Origin: an uncultured bacterium
Lineage (GTDB): Bacteria; Chlamydiota; Chlamydiia; Chlamydiales; JAAKFR01
DNA: 64,000 bases
Assembly: GCA_964588495.1 (NCBI GenBank)
Contig: CAZPPS010000002.1
Coordinates: 1,108 to 65,107, forward strand
Direction of reading: 5' to 3'
The notes under the pieces are model-generated. The model worked only from the letters and a program-made list of their open reading frames with translations, made no database searches and was not told the DNA's origin. Both the position numbers and the translations under genes were made by a program. Below are positions 19,746 to 29,368 of the stretch, one piece after another (position 1 is the stretch's first letter; each line of letters starts with the position of its first letter).

Positions 19746-20817
19746 ATTTCCATCCGAAGGTGATAAAGAAAAGAGATTGAGGTACGAGTATGGCAACAAG
19801 AGGGGGGAGCAGCTGAGTTTTTCCCAAGATGATCGAGGCATTCAGGCACATAAAAAAAACGATAATCCCAGCTAAGCTCAAAGCATAAATTACAAAAACA
19901 GAGAGATTTCTGCAAACTTTTAGACAAAATGGGGCAATTGCGATAATGCCAAGCAAAGAAACTAAGGGAAGTGTGGATTTAAGATAAAAAAAGGTAGCAG
20001 CCTCTGCTTGTCTTACATTCATCTTTGTTAAATGAAAGAAATGGTGGTTGACCCTTAAATGGCGTGCCAATTCAGAAAGGGATTGCATGTGAGGAGGATG
20101 CATGGCATCGAATAAACTATCGGCATCAAAGTTCATATCAGGAAACACAAGCTCTGGTGAAGAGCCCATTTTTTTATACTCACCTTCTTCTGTACGGATA
20201 AGAGAATCGACATTTTTTCCCAAAGGAGTTTTTTCGTAAGGGAAAAGCCACTGGATGCGGGAAAGCTCATTTTCATTTTTCAGCCAGAAAACATCAAAAA
20301 AGGCCTGCTTTTCAGGTTCGAAACGTTGGTAGATCAAAAGGCTGTTATCTTTGAGAATGAGGGCATTGACCTTCTTTTCTTCATCCTTTTTAGCCCTTTT
20401 TTTAAAATAGTGCTCTTCAAAACGGGCAATTTGAGTGATGGATTGTGGTTGCAGATATTCAAAATTGATAAAAAGGGCAGCAGAAGCTAGAAGGGCTACA
20501 CACAAAAAAGGGTGCATGATTTTTTTAAGGGGAATTCCGCTGGCAGAAAGGGCGACAATTTCATTGCGTAAATTTGAGGTTGTGAGCACTTTAACGGCGC
20601 TTAGGACCATAGCGATCGGCACTAACATCTCTGCCCGTTTCGAGAATTGATGGAGATAATAGAAAAAGATATCGGTAGAGCTAATCGCAGGATTTTGAAA
20701 AGCTTTGGAGTGAATCGAGTAATCAAACAGGACATAGAGGAAATAAAAGATGCCGATAAAGAGGGAAAAGGTCTGCATCTGCTCTTTAAAGAAGTAGCGT
20801 TTCCAGATCAGCCTCAC
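19732..20817 (-). CDS. lptG: LPS export ABC transporter permease, YjgP/YjgQ family (second of pair)
   Basis: 361 aa with 6-TM YjgP/YjgQ topology and a central periplasmic domain. It overlaps a paralogous upstream gene by 4 nt. Confidence 0.7.
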   Translation of the reverse strand: MRLIWKRYFFKEQMQTFSLFIGIFYFLYVLFDYSIHSKAFQNPAISSTDIFFYYLHQFSKRAEMLVPIAMVLSAVKVLTTSNLRNEIVALSASGIPLKKIMHPFLCVALLASAALFINFEYLQPQSITQIARFEEHYFKKRAKKDEEKKVNALILKDNSLLIYQRFEPEKQAFFDVFWLKNENELSRIQWLFPYEKTPLGKNVDSLIRTEEGEYKKMGSSPELVFPDMNFDADSLFDAMHPPHMQSLSELARHLRVNHHFFHLTKMNVRQAEAATFFYLKSTLPLVSLLGIIAIAPFCLKVCRNLSVFVIYALSLAGIIVFFMCLNASIILGKTQLLPPLVAILVPQSLFFITFGWKYAKL

Positions 20818-21923
20818 TCGATTCCCTCATTGACACGTTTTAATGACCAAAAAGAGGCAAAGGTGATCGCAAGATGGGGCAAACAGAAACAAAGGCACGA
20901 GAGCCACAAGATCCTGTCGAAGGTTTTTCCCATAAAAAAAGCCATCAAAGCAGCGGCTGAAAGCATTAATACAAAAAGCCGTCTCTTTTTTTGGGATTTG
21001 CGGCCAATTTGTATTCCAAAACAGGCTCCCAGCAAAGCGAACGTAAAAGTTGAGGCTGCAAGCGAGAATCTGCGGACAAATTCTGAGCGGCATTTATTCA
21101 GAATTTGGAGAGTGCTTTCCCCTGTCTGCACCTGGGAGCTAAGCTCTTGAGTACGCAAGCGGAGCATTCTGAAATTGAGGTCTTTATTGGAAAGATTCCA
21201 CTTGGTTTTACTCAAAAGCTGAGCTAAATCACTGGCAGATGATGACATAGACTTTTGATTTTCAATGACTAAATGGTCTAATCCCTCTTTGTTTGGCAAG
21301 GAAGAGATGATGTTAATCCCTTGGGCTGTCAGTTTCTTTTCCTCCATCTCCACATGATCAACCAAACAGAGATTCAGTCTGTCCCCTTTGGGGGTTTTGA
21401 TGGCGACGACAAGATTTTGGGCAGACTCGCCACCGTGTTTGCTCTCCATTTGGACAAAAACGTCTTCCAGGGGCAAAGTCTTGGCATTTTGAAGTAAGAG
21501 GAGAGGGTTGACTGAGGTGAGCTCGAAGAGCATTTTGCGGCTCGCATGGTAAGTAGAGGTGGAAATCTCAGAGGCCGTATAAAAATTGACCAGGGCAAGG
21601 AAAAAACTGGTCAAAAGGATCGGGCTGATCAGCTTTTTGAGGGCAATGCCGGAGCTGCGGATGGCTGTGAGCTCGTGCGTTTGAGAAAGGTTCTGAAACA
21701 GGAGAAGCGAAGAGATAAGGCAGGAGATGGGAAGGGCAAAAGGGAGGATATAGGGGATTTGAAAGAGCGTGAAAAGGAGGATGTAGAGAGGTTTGGCCCC
21801 CATAGCTGCAAATTGGGCGATATCTTCGAGGCGGCTCATGAGAAGAATTGCGATGAAGGACGAGACCGAGAGGAGGAGAACTCGTAAATAGTTTTTAAGT
21901 AGATACCAATGGATGAGCGGCAT
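20814..21923 (-). CDS. lptF: LPS export ABC transporter permease, YjgP/YjgQ family (first of pair)
   Basis: The start is set to ATG 21921-21923 (MPLIHWYLLKNYLRVLLL). The ORF-track N-terminus (…GHRHGHGHGHG…) is a translation of the hexamer repeat element. Confidence 0.7.
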   Translation of the reverse strand: MPLIHWYLLKNYLRVLLLSVSSFIAILLMSRLEDIAQFAAMGAKPLYILLFTLFQIPYILPFALPISCLISSLLLFQNLSQTHELTAIRSSGIALKKLISPILLTSFFLALVNFYTASEISTSTYHASRKMLFELTSVNPLLLLQNAKTLPLEDVFVQMESKHGGESAQNLVVAIKTPKGDRLNLCLVDHVEMEEKKLTAQGINIISSLPNKEGLDHLVIENQKSMSSSASDLAQLLSKTKWNLSNKDLNFRMLRLRTQELSSQVQTGESTLQILNKCRSEFVRRFSLAASTFTFALLGACFGIQIGRKSQKKRRLFVLMLSAAALMAFFMGKTFDRILWLSCLCFCLPHLAITFASFWSLKRVNEGIE

Positions 21924-21988
21924 AGGAAAGCAGGATAAAGGATGAGGGTTTATTTGTTTAAGAAGATTATGTATTCTACTCACCCAAC

Positions 21989-22097
21989 CGTGCCCGTGCC
22001 CGTGCCCGTGCCTGTGCCCGCTCCTTTCCCGAAAGTTCAATCACGTAAAGCTTTCGGGAACGGGCGGGCACGGGCACGGGCACGGGCACGGGCACGA
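21989..22097. repeat. 109-bp hairpin of GTGCCC/CACGGG hexamer arrays
   Basis: The left arm is ccgtgcccgtgcccgtgcccgtgcctgtgcccgctcctttcccgaaag. The loop is ttcaatcacgtaaa. The right arm is gctttcgggaacgggcgggcacgggcacgggcacgggcacgggcacg. Confidence 0.85.
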
Positions 22098-22111
22098 AAA
22101 CAGGTTGTTTC

Positions 22112-23092
22112 GTGATCCAAGAAATTTTATCTCAATTCTTAGAACAGCATTGTCCTGGCAGTCTTCCATTACTCCTCGCTCTCTCGGGAGGGCCGGACTC
22201 AACCGCGCTCTTTCACGCTCTGCTCGAGCTCGAATATCCCTTTGAGGTAGCGCATGTTGATCATGGGTGGAGGGAAGAGAGCGTGGGGGAAGTAGCCCTT
22301 TTGCGACAGAAATGTGTTCTCTCAAAGGTTGTTTTTCATGAAAAAAAACTCGTTCCTCCAACCGACTCCAACAACTTAGAGGATAAAGCCCGCAAAGAGC
22401 GGCTCAGCTTTTTTAAACAGATGGTAGCGCAAAGAAACCTCGGTGGTGTGCTCTTAGCCCACCATGCCGATGATCATGCCGAGACTGTCTTAAAAAGGCT
22501 TTTTGAGGGGGCAAGCCTTCCTAAATTGAGGGGGCTCCAGCCTAAAAGCTCAAATGACGGCCTGATTCTCTATAGGCCTTTTTTGAAGCTGAAAAAGCAG
22601 GAAATCCTTCACTATTTGGAACTTAATAATATCAGCTTTTTTGTGGATCGGACCAATTCTGATCCTAAATATCTAAGGACAAGGCTTCGTGGTGAAATTA
22701 TTCCTGCAATGGCTTCCCATTTTGGCAAAGAGATTACGCATAATCTTTGTCGTCTTGGGGAATCTGCTGCTGAATTGGAAACTTTTTTAGAGGAATTGAG
22801 CGCTCCTTATCTACAAAAGATAGAAGAAACGGATGAGGGTAAGTGTCTCAATTTCAAGGAACCTCCAAGTTCACTTTTTTTGTGGAAGAACATCATCCGG
22901 GCTTTTTTTGAGCAGGAAAAACTAACGCTTACTAACTCTACCTTAGAGGTTATTTTGAGCCATCTTCAAAAAGGGAGTTGCCATAAAAGCCTGCACGTGG
23001 GAAAACAACGGATTTTGATTAACCGGCGCCATTTGGTGCTGATCCGGCAATCGAATAAAAAAGTTGATGCGGAAACGAAAGATCCGTTATGA
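22112..23092 (+). CDS. tilS: tRNA(Ile)-lysidine synthetase
   Basis: PP-loop LALSGGPDSTAL. 326 aa with a GTG start, located upstream of ftsH. Confidence 0.85.
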   Translation: MIQEILSQFLEQHCPGSLPLLLALSGGPDSTALFHALLELEYPFEVAHVDHGWREESVGEVALLRQKCVLSKVVFHEKKLVPPTDSNNLEDKARKERLSFFKQMVAQRNLGGVLLAHHADDHAETVLKRLFEGASLPKLRGLQPKSSNDGLILYRPFLKLKKQEILHYLELNNISFFVDRTNSDPKYLRTRLRGEIIPAMASHFGKEITHNLCRLGESAAELETFLEELSAPYLQKIEETDEGKCLNFKEPPSSLFLWKNIIRAFFEQEKLTLTNSTLEVILSHLQKGSCHKSLHVGKQRILINRRHLVLIRQSNKKVDAETKDPL

Positions 23093-23135
23093 TAAGACGT
23101 TGAAGTTAAAAGAATAACTCAGTTTAATATTATAT

Positions 23136-23166
23136 TTGTTACTAAAATAAGCATATATTTTATAAT
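23136..23166 (+). promoter_or_regulatory. Candidate sigma-70-type promoter for ftsH
   Basis: TTGTTA (23136-23141) and a perfect TATAAT (23161-23166) lie 37 nt upstream of the ATG. The spacer is 19 nt, which is long. Confidence 0.3.
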
Positions 23167-23202
23167 GCATATTTAGGCAGTCAAAAAAAAAGTTATTATA
23201 TT

Positions 23203-25956
23203 ATGGCGAATGATAAGAAACAAAATCCAGATCAGCAAAAGAAAGGTTTCCCCACCACGTTTTTCCTTTTTCTTTTAGCGGTTATATTAGTTGTCATTAC
23301 TATTCAGAACTTTATGACAACGAAAAATGCTAAAGTGTCCTTTAGCCACCAAGTGGAACATCTGGTTAATTTGAATTTACTTGTCCCAGAAGACAGCCGA
23401 AAGGTCTCTTTGAACGACAATCTTGTCACCTTTAGCGGAAAATTTCGGGAAAGCGAAACCGACGAAGGAAAAAAACGTTTCAGGTTTCTGGAACTTTTGG
23501 AGACGAACCACAATTTAAAAAACAGCATCGAAGAGAGCTCTGCCACGCTTAAGCGTCTGGATCAAGAGATTAGAGAGGCCGCAATCTGGTTTTTAGACAT
23601 TAGTGGCGAGCCTGTCCCTGCAGGGGGCTATCGCGTGGTTGATGAGTCTTATGATCAGCCCCAAAGGCAAAATGGGATCCTTATTAAGCAAAAATCTGCA
23701 AAAGATGTCCCAAGCCTGAAAGTCCTCAAAGGGCAACTGAACCATATTGTAGATACCCGTCAAACCAATTTGAGTGGCTTTGAGATCGAACTTGCGGCAT
23801 TGGTTGCTAACTTCAGATCTCCAATCCTGGGAATTGGTGCCGAATCGATCAAGCAGGAGCTGAAAACCCTTGAAAAAGAGGTTGAAAGAGCTGCGACAAC
23901 CGATATGACATGGCAGGCAAAGATTGCGATCTACACAGGCGTTTTGACTAAATTGCAAACAATTGTCAATCTTCTAGATCAGCCGGTCGATAATATCCGT
24001 CTCAGTGAGCTCCGCTCTGTGCGTCAGTATAAAGAAGAAATGGAGCGTTATAATACGCTCACTCAAGACCTGGATACAAACGAATCGCAGCTTGAAAAGG
24101 CACGCAATTCTGTTTCACAGGTCATCTGGTATTACAATAATAAAGAGCTATCTACAAGGGCTTTAGAGCGTCAGGATCCTGAAGTTTATGGCCATTGGTT
24201 TGCCAATGCCAAAGAGGAATGGGACAATTTCAAATATAATAAAGGCCTCTATTTTAAAGCCCCCGATCAACCCAGAAATGTGGCCCTTGAAAAAACATTT
24301 AAAAGTGAGAGCCATGCTCCTAATTATTTGAGCTATATCCTCACTATTTTGCCCATTGTTTTGATCGTCCTCCTCCTCTACTTTGTCTTCTCAAGACAAA
24401 TGAAAGGGATGGGTGGAAATGCGATGAGCTTTGGCAAATCACCTGCCAAAATGCTCACAAAAGGGCAAAACAAGGTCACCTTTAAAGATGTTGCCGGTAT
24501 TGACGAAGCGAAAGAAGAGCTCGTTGAAATCGTGGACTTTTTGAAAAACCCAGCCAGATTCACCACTTTAGGTGGTCGTATTCCTAAGGGTGTTCTTCTC
24601 ATTGGTCCTCCTGGCTGCGGTAAAACCATGATTGCCAAAGCCGTCGCAGGGGAAGCGGATCGTCCTTTCTTCTCCATTGCAGGCTCTGACTTTGTCGAGA
24701 TGTTTGTGGGTGTGGGCGCAAGTCGTATCCGCGATATGTTTGATCAGGCTAAGAAAAATGCTCCTTGTATCATCTTTATCGATGAGATCGATGCTGTGGG
24801 ACGTCATAGAGGTGCAGGCATTGGCGGTGGTCATGATGAGCGTGAGCAGACTTTGAACCAGCTTCTGGTTGAAATGGATGGCTTTGACACGAACGAAGGG
24901 GTCATTTTGATGGCGGCTACCAACCGTCCAGACGTATTGGATAAGGCCCTTTTGAGACCTGGCCGTTTTGATAGACGGGTTGTGATTGGTCTTCCCGACA
25001 TCAAAGGACGCTACGAAATTCTTAAAGTGCATGCCCGCAAAATCAAAATCGATCCGACAGTGGACTTACTGGCAGTTGCCAAGAGCACGCCGGGAGCCTC
25101 AGGTGCCGATCTTGAGAACTTGCTCAATGAATCTGCCCTTTTGGCTGCGCGTAAATCAAGAACGGCTGTGACAAACACAGAAGTTGCAGAAGCACGTGAT
25201 AAGGTCTTGTACGGAAAAGAGAGAAGAAGCCTCGAAATCGGGGAACAGGAGAAAAAGACGACAGCCTATCACGAAGCAGGTCATGCGATTGTGAGTCTGA
25301 TTGTCGATCACTCCGATCCTGTAGAAAAGGTGACAATTATTCCAAGGGGACTCTCTTTGGGAGCGACTCACTTTTTGCCTGAAAAAAACCGCTTAAGCTA
25401 TTGGAAAAAAGAAGTTGTGGATCAGCTGGCTGTCCTCATGGGTGGACGTGCCGCTGAGCAGATTTTTGTAGGGGATGTCTCTTCGGGTGCCCAGCAGGAT
25501 TTTGCACAAGCCACACGCCTTGCAAGAAGCATGGTCTGCGAATGGGGCATGAGCGATAATCTGGGCAATGTGGCCTATGACGACCGCTTTGACAATGGTG
25601 GCGGCTACACAGGAGTGTCCTACCACGAAAAGAGCTATTCTGAAGAAACGGCAAGAGCTATCGACGAAGAGGTCAGAAACCTTCTCGATACTGCCTATAA
25701 GCGTGCGGTCGATATCATCGAGCAAAAACGGGCTCAAATGGAGCTCATGGCACAAATGCTCATGGAATTTGAAACTCTTGATGCCCACGATGTGCGTGAC
25801 ATCATCAACAACTCGTGGGATCCCGAGAAGAAGCGCAAGCGCCTCAAAGATCAAGAACAGCTCTTCAAGCGCCAGCCTGAAACGCCTCCGCCACCTCCTC
25901 CAAACATCACCGACGAGGTCAAGAAAAAGGGTGACTTGGGCTTCAACCCCACCTAA
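23203..25956 (+). CDS. ftsH: ATP-dependent zinc metalloprotease FtsH with long N-terminal periplasmic extension
   Basis: Walker A GPPGCGKT, Walker [13 protein letters not shown], and the zinc motif HEAGHAI. The 917-aa length is as seen in chlamydial FtsH. Confidence 0.95.
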   Translation: MANDKKQNPDQQKKGFPTTFFLFLLAVILVVITIQNFMTTKNAKVSFSHQVEHLVNLNLLVPEDSRKVSLNDNLVTFSGKFRESETDEGKKRFRFLELLETNHNLKNSIEESSATLKRLDQEIREAAIWFLDISGEPVPAGGYRVVDESYDQPQRQNGILIKQKSAKDVPSLKVLKGQLNHIVDTRQTNLSGFEIELAALVANFRSPILGIGAESIKQELKTLEKEVERAATTDMTWQAKIAIYTGVLTKLQTIVNLLDQPVDNIRLSELRSVRQYKEEMERYNTLTQDLDTNESQLEKARNSVSQVIWYYNNKELSTRALERQDPEVYGHWFANAKEEWDNFKYNKGLYFKAPDQPRNVALEKTFKSESHAPNYLSYILTILPIVLIVLLLYFVFSRQMKGMGGNAMSFGKSPAKMLTKGQNKVTFKDVAGIDEAKEELVEIVDFLKNPARFTTLGGRIPKGVLLIGPPGCGKTMIAKAVAGEADRPFFSIAGSDFVEMFVGVGASRIRDMFDQAKKNAPCIIFIDEIDAVGRHRGAGIGGGHDEREQTLNQLLVEMDGFDTNEGVILMAATNRPDVLDKALLRPGRFDRRVVIGLPDIKGRYEILKVHARKIKIDPTVDLLAVAKSTPGASGADLENLLNESALLAARKSRTAVTNTEVAEARDKVLYGKERRSLEIGEQEKKTTAYHEAGHAIVSLIVDHSDPVEKVTIIPRGLSLGATHFLPEKNRLSYWKKEVVDQLAVLMGGRAAEQIFVGDVSSGAQQDFAQATRLARSMVCEWGMSDNLGNVAYDDRFDNGGGYTGVSYHEKSYSEETARAIDEEVRNLLDTAYKRAVDIIEQKRAQMELMAQMLMEFETLDAHDVRDIINNSWDPEKKRKRLKDQEQLFKRQPETPPPPPPNITDEVKKKGDLGFNPT

Positions 25957-25960
25957 TTCT

Positions 25961-26331
25961 TTTGGAGTGCGGCGACTCGTCGCCGCTTTTCAACGAATTG
26001 AAGTCTAATAGCGGCGACTTGTCGCCGCCCCCTAAATCTAGTTCCTTGGCGGTGACAAGTCACCGCACTCCAAAAAAGCTAAGGATCCTTCGTTTTTCTA
26101 AACACAAAGACACTAAGACACAAAGAGAGGATTTTGTTTTCTCTCGGTCCCTTTGGAGTGCGGCGACTCGTCGCCGCTTTTCAACGAATTGAAGTCTAAT
26201 AGCCGGCGACTTGTCGCCGCCCCCTAACTAGTTCCGGGGGCGTTAGACCAAGTCACCGCTACTTTTGTGGAAACATTTGAAAAAGCGGTGACAAGTCACC
26301 GCACTCCAGAAAAGCTAAGAATTCTTCGTTT
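25961..26331. repeat. Tandemly duplicated composite palindromic element (family C units, with a family B arm between them)
   Basis: An ~85-bp direct repeat at 25961-26045 recurs at 26152-26235, near-identical. Each copy is followed by the complementary arm gcggtgacaagtcaccgcactcc (26049-26071 and 26285-26307). aaacacaaagacactaagacacaaagag lies at 26099-26126. Confidence 0.8.
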
Positions 26332-28010
26332 TCAATAGGTTAGGGGCTCAACTTGTGGCCATTGCTCTAGGAGGGAGAGAGCCTCTTGGAGGAGGGGGGC
26401 AGGAACTTTGGGATTGATGCAGAGGGCATTGAGGTTTTCTAGGGCTTCGGTAGATAGGTGGTCGGCAAAGCCTTCGTGGACCATTTTGGCAAGATAAAGA
26501 GTGGCCTGAAACTGATCTTCTGGGTCGGCAATTGGGCTACTACGTACTGCCTGGAGCATGCCGACGATTTCTGCGGCAGAATTTAAGCGGTTGTACAATT
26601 TTTTATATAAAACCAAAGCACGGTAGAGTTTCGCTTTAATAATCAGGTCTTTCGGGAAGATGCGGCAGCTGGGATGGCTGTCTAAGGTTTGATCCTCCTC
26701 CAGATCGATCACATCCCAAAGATGCAACAGAATGGTTTCTTCTCCGAGGAATTGGTGGTAGTAGGAAATGATGGCCAGGTAGAGTCTGGCAATGTGTTTT
26801 AAAACATTCGGACCGCCATTGAAACTAAAGTTCATCAATTGCAAGTGGATCTGATAAGGGTCGCCCTGGTTGTGATAGGCAACGAGTGTTGAAAAAGGGG
26901 AGCAAAGATATGGGCAGGCAACGGGGTCGAACATTGCGGAAAGTTAAGCCTTTCAGATAGGGTTTGGGCATCTATTTTTTCGAAGCCGCTTTTGAGATAG
27001 AGCATTATTTGATAAAAAGTGGCTTCGATTTGTTCCTGTTGATAGCGAGCATCCAAACGGACTTTTTCCAAAAGGGCAATCGCTAGGTCATCGCTAATCG
27101 CATCTGTGAGTCTAAACGCTCTACAGTAACCGATAAAAACGATCGCCTTTGCAAGCCTTTCAGGGGCGATGACTGGATCATCAAGGGCTTCAAGGAATAT
27201 CTGGAAGATCCTTTGGAATCTTTTTTCGGAGAGAGTATCTTTTAATGTGGCGAAGCGATCGATGAGGATTTCGACAATACGGGATTTGTGGTGTTTCTCG
27301 AATGCCTTGTCATTATAGGCGCCTTCAAAAAATGCCGTATTCAAGCTTTTTTCCTTTAATTCGAGATGAAAATAATGGGCTGCGACGAGTGCTCTCTTTC
27401 GACTTTCCTCTGAAATGCCTATAAGCTTAGCATACTGTGACGATTGCCAATCTTGATCAGTTCTATAATTTACAGCATGACGTGTACGGGTCATGATGGA
27501 ATAGACAAAATCGGTCACGTCTTTTTTGTAGTTAAAATAAGTTTTAAAGTTAATATGGCCAGTCGCTTGTGCTTGAACGACAAATTTCTCGCGGACGCTT
27601 AAATCCCCTTTGCGCAAAATCAGATCTAATTGCTGCTCATTTGAAAGCGTTATGCCTTCAAGCACTCTGATAATTTCTACCGCCCTTTTATTCGCTTTAT
27701 GGGCACAATAATGGAGGCAAAGAACCGATAGACAATTGACATCCCTGTCCGCTTCTCCCTTCAAAAGGGCTTCTTTATAAGAAAGAGCGTCGGTTTTCAG
27801 GATGCCCGCCTTTTCAAAAAGGACTCTATAGAAATCCCGATACCCTGTCAGGTGTTGGAAGGTTTTACAAGTGATCGCGAGCTTCTCACACTCATTGTAG
27901 CTCAAATAACGCATCACAAGTGGGGCAAGATCAGACATCCAAACGCAAGCGTTCACAAAAGTTGTCTCAGGGACTTGAACCGGAAAAGCAGAGAGGTGAT
28001 TGCAGATCAT
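26332..28010 (-). pseudogene. F-box-like paralogue family member, split into two overlapping ORFs (26835..28010 N-part, 26332..26934 C-part)
   Basis: The N-part carries the F-box-like segment (LVMRYLSYNECEKLAITCKTFQHL). The C-part carries family C-terminal motifs (ARLYLAIISYY, KAKLYRALVLY). The two frames differ and overlap by 100 nt. Confidence 0.55.
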
Positions 28011-29368
28011 AAAAGTTTTGCGACTGCAGCCTTAAGGAGTTCAGCCTCTCGTGGAGGTAATCTGTCTGCCAACTTTAAAAGAATGACATACTCAGAATCA
28101 AAAATGCTGATTTCTTCACATTGAAGGAGCAGCTGGGGAGTCACTGTTTGTCCAAGAGGCAAATGTTCCTTGATAACTAAATAATTTGTCGAGGCTGAAA
28201 GTTTTTCCTCTCGTGGTATAAATGCAAAGCTAATATGAATTTTTCCAAGCCACACAAGGATTTCATCTGATGTCATTTGCGTGGTATACACGCCGCTTAA
28301 ATGGTCCAAAATGATGTAAAGTTGAGCACGCAGAGCCTCAGCTGGAAAATTGTTTATGCTGTCGCAGACCTCTTTTAATAGCGCATATCTGTCAGAAGGG
28401 GTTGGTTTCTCAGATAAAGGCATGATTGCCAAGTAAAGCTTGGCTTTCATGACACTCTCACGGTCTGAAAGTGGATTTGTGACAACACCATTAAGTAATT
28501 CATATTTCGCGCTCGGAGAGAGGATGTCGATCGGATCTTCTTCATGCATTGACATCATTTGCATTTGGAAATAGGGGATGTTTTTTCGTTGGCAATCAGT
28601 ACTTCTCTTTAGAAGATCGGCATAACGCACAGAAAAGCGCAATTCTGCCGTCCGCCTTGGTAATGTCAAAGATGGGGACGTCCATTCTTGACAGGGCGCC
28701 ACAAGAGCTTCACGGTGCTTTTTATCGAGGAGTAAATTTTGAGACATGATGTTTTTGTCATGAATCGTCTGAAAAGCTTGCTTTGGATCGCGCAGGCCAT
28801 AGTAGGCAGCTTCCGCACAGGCTTTTTTGTAATTTTTATACTTTTCCTCGGCTTTATGCTGATCGATGTTTATAAAATCCGTAACTTCTTTCGATATCCG
28901 GTCGATAAAAGCTTGTGGGATTGCCTCAAATTTTTTAGGGAAATAGGAGTAACTGATGTAAATGTCCCCTTTGCGGAGCATCAGTTCTAATTGCTGCAGT
29001 TTCGAAAGCTCAAGTTTTTCAAGCTTTTGAATCAAAGCCACGATTTTTTGGATTGTGCTTGAAAACTGCAGAAAATCGCACAGGTGCTCACAAAGCGCTA
29101 GCAGAGCGACGGGATTACCCTCATCCCCTTTTTCCAACAAACAGTCTTTGTAAGAAATTCCCACAGGTTTTGCTAGCCCAAGCCGGAAAAAAAACTCTAG
29201 ATAATGGGCAGAGTTTTTAGAAGCCTCGCTAAAACTTTTACAAACTAAACCCATCTTTTCACATTCAAAGTGTGGAAGAAAGCGCATGATATTTAAAAGG
29301 ATATCGACGTTGTTTTGAAACACACATCCTGTGTGATTAGGGTATAATGTGGTATGATTGTGGATCAT
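28007..29368 (-). CDS. F-box-like domain protein, lineage-specific paralogue family
   Basis: The N-terminus ILLNIMRFLPHFECEKMGLVCKSFSEA fits the F-box pattern LPxE..x.I..L....l..l.lVCK.w. The family core motifs LELSKLQQLELMLRKGD and LLLDKKHREAL are present. There are ATGA overlaps at both ends. Confidence 0.75.
   Translation of the reverse strand: MIHNHTTLYPNHTGCVFQNNVDILLNIMRFLPHFECEKMGLVCKSFSEASKNSAHYLEFFFRLGLAKPVGISYKDCLLEKGDEGNPVALLALCEHLCDFLQFSSTIQKIVALIQKLEKLELSKLQQLELMLRKGDIYISYSYFPKKFEAIPQAFIDRISKEVTDFINIDQHKAEEKYKNYKKACAEAAYYGLRDPKQAFQTIHDKNIMSQNLLLDKKHREALVAPCQEWTSPSLTLPRRTAELRFSVRYADLLKRSTDCQRKNIPYFQMQMMSMHEEDPIDILSPSAKYELLNGVVTNPLSDRESVMKAKLYLAIMPLSEKPTPSDRYALLKEVCDSINNFPAEALRAQLYIILDHLSGVYTTQMTSDEILVWLGKIHISFAFIPREEKLSASTNYLVIKEHLPLGQTVTPQLLLQCEEISIFDSEYVILLKLADRLPPREAELLKAAVAKLL

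Noticed and set aside
21924-22040. N-terminal extension of lptF (MNFRERSGHRHGHGHGHGW…) given by the ORF track.
   Set aside because: The extension is the hexamer palindrome read in frame. The internal ATG at 21923 gives a normal YjgP/YjgQ N-terminus.
22041-22361. 106-aa minus-strand ORF ending …CPCPCPCPCP….
   Set aside because: It is antisense to the tilS 5' region plus a translation of the hexamer array. It is a repeat-generated artefact.
24378-25854. Antisense ORFs of 70-154 aa within ftsH. The same was seen within pnp (41740-43147), lptF (20647-21150), fabI (57796-58242), mutY (62673-63119) and the PKS cluster.
   Set aside because: They lie wholly opposite strongly supported conserved CDS. 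They have odd composition and no independent signals.
25961-26331. Possible CRISPR array, because of direct repeats with intervening sequence. The hexamer arrays elsewhere raised the same question.
   Set aside because: There are only two long (~85 bp) repeat units, with internal palindromes and complementary arms. There is no regular 28-37-nt repeat/spacer periodicity and no cas genes. The hexamer arrays are microsatellite-like, not repeat-spacer.
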